Of a stretch of DNA of 1,847 bases, positions 1 through 1,847 are shown piece by piece. Position 1 is the first letter of the stretch; the number at the start of each line of letters is the position of its first letter. Source of the DNA: an uncultured virus (IMG/VR IMGVR_UViG_2061766007_000856) (taxonomy: Duplodnaviria > Heunggongvirae > Uroviricota > Caudoviricetes); IMG/VR virus record IMGVR_UViG_2061766007_000856. One strand, given 5' to 3'. The translations under genes were made by a program, and so were the position numbers. The notes beneath the pieces were generated by a model that saw nothing but the letters and a program-made list of their open reading frames with translations, was not told the origin of the DNA and did no database searches.

Positions 1-168
1 ACCAACGCCTCGCGCATACACTCGCTCACGCTTACCGGATGGAGCGTAGGTGGCATCTTCGGACCCCTGCTTGCCAATACGTTCACGGGCACATCATTAT
101 ACCTGGTACTCGCCATCCTGTACTTCATCGCGTTTACCGTGATGGAGATGAATGTAAAGAAAGGTTAA
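1..168 (+). CDS. 3' end (partial, open at left edge) of an MFS transporter, OFA/oxalate:formate antiporter-like; last two TM helices
   Basis: Manual translation of frame +1: TNASRIHSLTLTGWSVGGIFGPLLANTFTGTSLYLVLAILYFIAFTVMEMNVKKG*, with TAA at 166-168. IHSLTLTGWSVGGIFGPLL resembles the OFA-family TM11 pattern (IHGxxLTAWxxAGxxGP). It is followed by a hydrophobic TM12 and a short basic tail. The ORF track omits it because there is no upstream ATG in the window. Confidence 0.85.
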   Translation, partial: TNASRIHSLTLTGWSVGGIFGPLLANTFTGTSLYLVLAILYFIAFTVMEMNVKKG

Positions 169-190
169 CAATTATCCTGGGTGCATTTGG

Positions 191-218
191 AGCCCGGTTG
201 CCACTGGCACCGGGCTTT
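191..218 (+). terminator. GC-rich inverted repeat 22 nt after the MFS stop; possible intrinsic terminator (weak U-tract) and/or operator
   Basis: AGCCCGG(T)TGCC-ACT-GGCACCGGGCT (191-216) gives an 11-bp stem with one bulged T and a 3-nt loop. It is followed only by TTGCTACATTT, an interrupted T-tract. Confidence 0.5.
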
Positions 219-226
219 GCTACATT
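198..226 (+). promoter_or_regulatory. Putative sigma70/sigmaA promoter with extended -10; predicted start at or near the ATG at 233
   Basis: -35 TTGCCA (198-203), 17-nt spacer, TG at 218-219, -10 TACATT (221-226). The A of the ATG (233) is the 7th base after the -10 hexamer. Confidence 0.65.
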
Positions 227-232
227 TAGGGC

Positions 233-718
233 ATGACAAAGAATACACAATTTACAACAAAACAGGCTATCCTCGACGCTGACAACGCTAAAGGTGACGT
301 AATCGACCTCCTTGCCCCGCTCGTATGCGACAAGGCCCGATTTACTGTCGAAAGCAAGCACGTTCGACTGAACGTGCGAAACCCGATTACCGTCGAAGGT
401 TATATTTCGACAGATTACGAAGACATGCGAATCGATTTCTGCATGTCGTACAACGAAGCCCGTGACGACTTCTACGGGACCGTACTCGTCATGCAATTCG
501 CCAAGCACAGCGATGAAGACGGATACGTGGACACAGACAAGACATGGGGCGTCCTTGAATACTTCTACCGCGAAGACTCATCATGGGCGCCAATCGAGAC
601 ACTGAAGGGAATCGCAAACCACATTCTCTACGCCCTCGATATGGTAAAGGTCTATAAACAGACTGCAAAGCAGCTTGCTGACCTCAGAAACACCTACGGC
701 ATTGAGCAAGATAATTAA
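233..718 (+). CDS. Hypothetical protein, 161 aa, soluble, Asp/Glu-rich, no recognised domain
   Basis: Uninterrupted ORF from ATG 233 to TAA 716-718 that fills the space between two co-directional genes and follows a promoter-like sequence. The composition is protein-like with no TM segment or signal peptide. There is no properly spaced Shine-Dalgarno. Confidence 0.8.
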   Translation: MTKNTQFTTKQAILDADNAKGDVIDLLAPLVCDKARFTVESKHVRLNVRNPITVEGYISTDYEDMRIDFCMSYNEARDDFYGTVLVMQFAKHSDEDGYVDTDKTWGVLEYFYREDSSWAPIETLKGIANHILYALDMVKVYKQTAKQLADLRNTYGIEQDN

Positions 719-739
719 ATGAAGAAACTTAAGGTTGGA

Positions 740-769
740 TGGACAGTTATCAAAATAAATTGCTATATT
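740..769 (+). promoter_or_regulatory. Putative sigma70/sigmaA promoter with extended -10 upstream of the kinase gene
   Basis: -35 TGGACA (740-745), 18-nt AT-rich spacer, TG at 761-762, -10 TATATT (764-769), within an AT-rich intergenic region. Confidence 0.6.
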
Positions 770-799
770 TACTGATGAGTTATTAACTCTAAAGTTAAG

Positions 800-804
800 A
801 AGGA
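800..804 (+). promoter_or_regulatory. Shine-Dalgarno site for the ORF starting at 811
   Basis: AAGGA at 800-804, 6 nt before the ATG at 811. Confidence 0.65.
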
Positions 805-810
805 CCCTTC

Positions 811-859
811 ATGAAGAATTTGATACTGGTCATTGGCCGTTCAGGCTCCGGCAAGGACA
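811..859 (+). CDS. 5' fragment of a P-loop kinase, probably nucleoside monophosphate kinase type (guanylate kinase-like or dNMP kinase-like); truncated by the N gap
   Basis: MKNLILVIGRSGSGKD: a hydrophobic beta strand followed directly by a Walker A motif GxxGxGKD at the N-terminus. The next codon begins with A, compatible with GKDT or GKDS. Only 16 codons are visible, so the substrate cannot be assigned. Confidence 0.7.
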
Positions 860-1460
860 NNNNNNNNNNNNNNNNNNNNNNNNNNNNNNNNNNNNNNNNN
901 NNNNNNNNNNNNNNNNNNNNNNNNNNNNNNNNNNNNNNNNNNNNNNNNNNNNNNNNNNNNNNNNNNNNNNNNNNNNNNNNNNNNNNNNNNNNNNNNNNNN
1001 NNNNNNNNNNNNNNNNNNNNNNNNNNNNNNNNNNNNNNNNNNNNNNNNNNNNNNNNNNNNNNNNNNNNNNNNNNNNNNNNNNNNNNNNNNNNNNNNNNNN
1101 NNNNNNNNNNNNNNNNNNNNNNNNNNNNNNNNNNNNNNNNNNNNNNNNNNNNNNNNNNNNNNNNNNNNNNNNNNNNNNNNNNNNNNNNNNNNNNNNNNNN
1201 NNNNNNNNNNNNNNNNNNNNNNNNNNNNNNNNNNNNNNNNNNNNNNNNNNNNNNNNNNNNNNNNNNNNNNNNNNNNNNNNNNNNNNNNNNNNNNNNNNNN
1301 NNNNNNNNNNNNNNNNNNNNNNNNNNNNNNNNNNNNNNNNNNNNNNNNNNNNNNNNNNNNNNNNNNNNNNNNNNNNNNNNNNNNNNNNNNNNNNNNNNNN
1401 NNNNNNNNNNNNNNNNNNNNNNNNNNNNNNNNNNNNNNNNNNNNNNNNNNNNNNNNNNNN
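860..1460. other. Unsequenced or masked gap of 601 N
   Basis: Continuous run of N from 860 to 1460. Confidence 0.99.
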
Positions 1461-1847
1461 CGACGCAATGAACTTCGCCAGCCCAAACCCGGTAATCGCC
1501 AATCCGGATGCCATTCCCTTGTGGTCCGCAAAGAAGGCCATCAGGGTCTTTACCGGGGTGACATACCCGATGCCAGTGCCGGCGCCTATGATTGCCGTGG
1601 CGATATAGAACGCGGGCAGGCACTGGATGGAAACGGCGGTTCCCAGCATCAGGAAGCCCGTTATGAATACGATGGTGGACAACCAGGCACCCAGTCTCGG
1701 ATTCTTCTCGATAGTACTGCCGAATATGGCCGCACACATGCCCAGGAAGAATATGATTAAGGTGAAACCGATGTCCGTCTGGAACCGGGTGATATCGAAT
1801 GTCTGCATCAGGTTTGCCGAGAACTGCGACCAGCAGTAGACGGATCC
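1461..1847 (-). CDS. N-terminal part (about TM1-TM5, partial at both ends) of an MFS transporter, OFA/oxalate:formate antiporter-like
   Basis: The frame is open from the right edge for 129 codons: GSVYCWSQFSANLMQTFDITRFQTDIGFTLIIFFLGMCAAIFGSTIEKNPR...GAGTGIGYVTPVKTLMAFFADHKGMASGLAITGFGLAKFIAS. It has OFA-like motifs GSVYxWSxF (TM1), GxGxGIGYxTPV (TM4) and (W/F)FxD(K/H)(R/K)GxAxGLAIxGFG (TM5). The true start lies beyond 1847, so Met 1808 in the ORF track is internal. Confidence 0.9.

Noticed and set aside
39..236. 65-aa + strand ORF (MERRWHLR...)
   Set aside because: It overlaps the MFS C-terminus in another frame, runs through the hairpin and promoter, and has no recognisable motif.
134..508. 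124-aa - strand ORF
   Set aside because: It is antisense to the 161-aa ORF and the MFS end, both of which have better contextual support.
719..775. 18-aa ORF MKKLKVGWTVIKINCYIY starting right after the stop at 716-718
   Set aside because: It is very short, has no convincing SD and coincides with the predicted promoter. Translational coupling cannot be excluded but has no support.
811..859. Assigning the symbol gmk (or oxlT for the transporter)
   Set aside because: Sixteen residues cannot separate Gmk from dNMP kinase, PhnN or other P-loop proteins, and OFA-family membership does not establish oxalate specificity.
860..1460. A hidden element such as a repeat, array or ncRNA inside the gap
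   Set aside because: No sequence is available, and neither flank shows repeat units or element termini.
795..1808. Gap-spanning ORFs (795..1808 -, 811..1608 +, 830..1531 -, 833..1471 +, 841..1737 -), including an apparent kinase-MFS overlap or fusion
   Set aside because: N codons cannot give stops, so the lengths and joins are artefacts. Only the kinase start and the MFS segment are supported.
1521..1839. + strand ORFs 1521..1760 and 1627..1839
   Set aside because: They are antisense shadows of the well-supported MFS reading frame.
1842..1847. The window ends exactly on a BamHI site (GGATCC), a possible cloning end
   Set aside because: The bases encode the conserved Gly-Ser of the GSVY motif on the - strand, and there is no matching site or vector sequence at the other end. 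It is probably coincidence.

Overview
The window is two sequenced blocks (1-859 and 1461-1847) joined by 601 N. The left block, all on the + strand, holds the 3' end of an OFA-like (oxalate:formate antiporter family) MFS transporter that the ORF track misses (1-168). It then has a GC-rich inverted repeat overlapping a sigma70-type promoter, a 161-aa unrecognised ORF that looks leaderless (233-718), a second similar promoter, and the first 16 codons of a P-loop kinase (811-859). The right block is the N-terminal part of an OFA-like MFS transporter on the - strand. The two MFS pieces do not overlap, lie on opposite strands, and the missing middle is about the size of the gap. The simplest reading is one gene split across two mis-oriented contigs; a real inversion or two paralogues are the alternatives. 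All ORFs that span the gap are artefacts. I see no clear evidence of a new system. The best leads are the leaderless orphan gene with a dyad over its promoter and the possibly mobile or phage-like gene neighbourhood.
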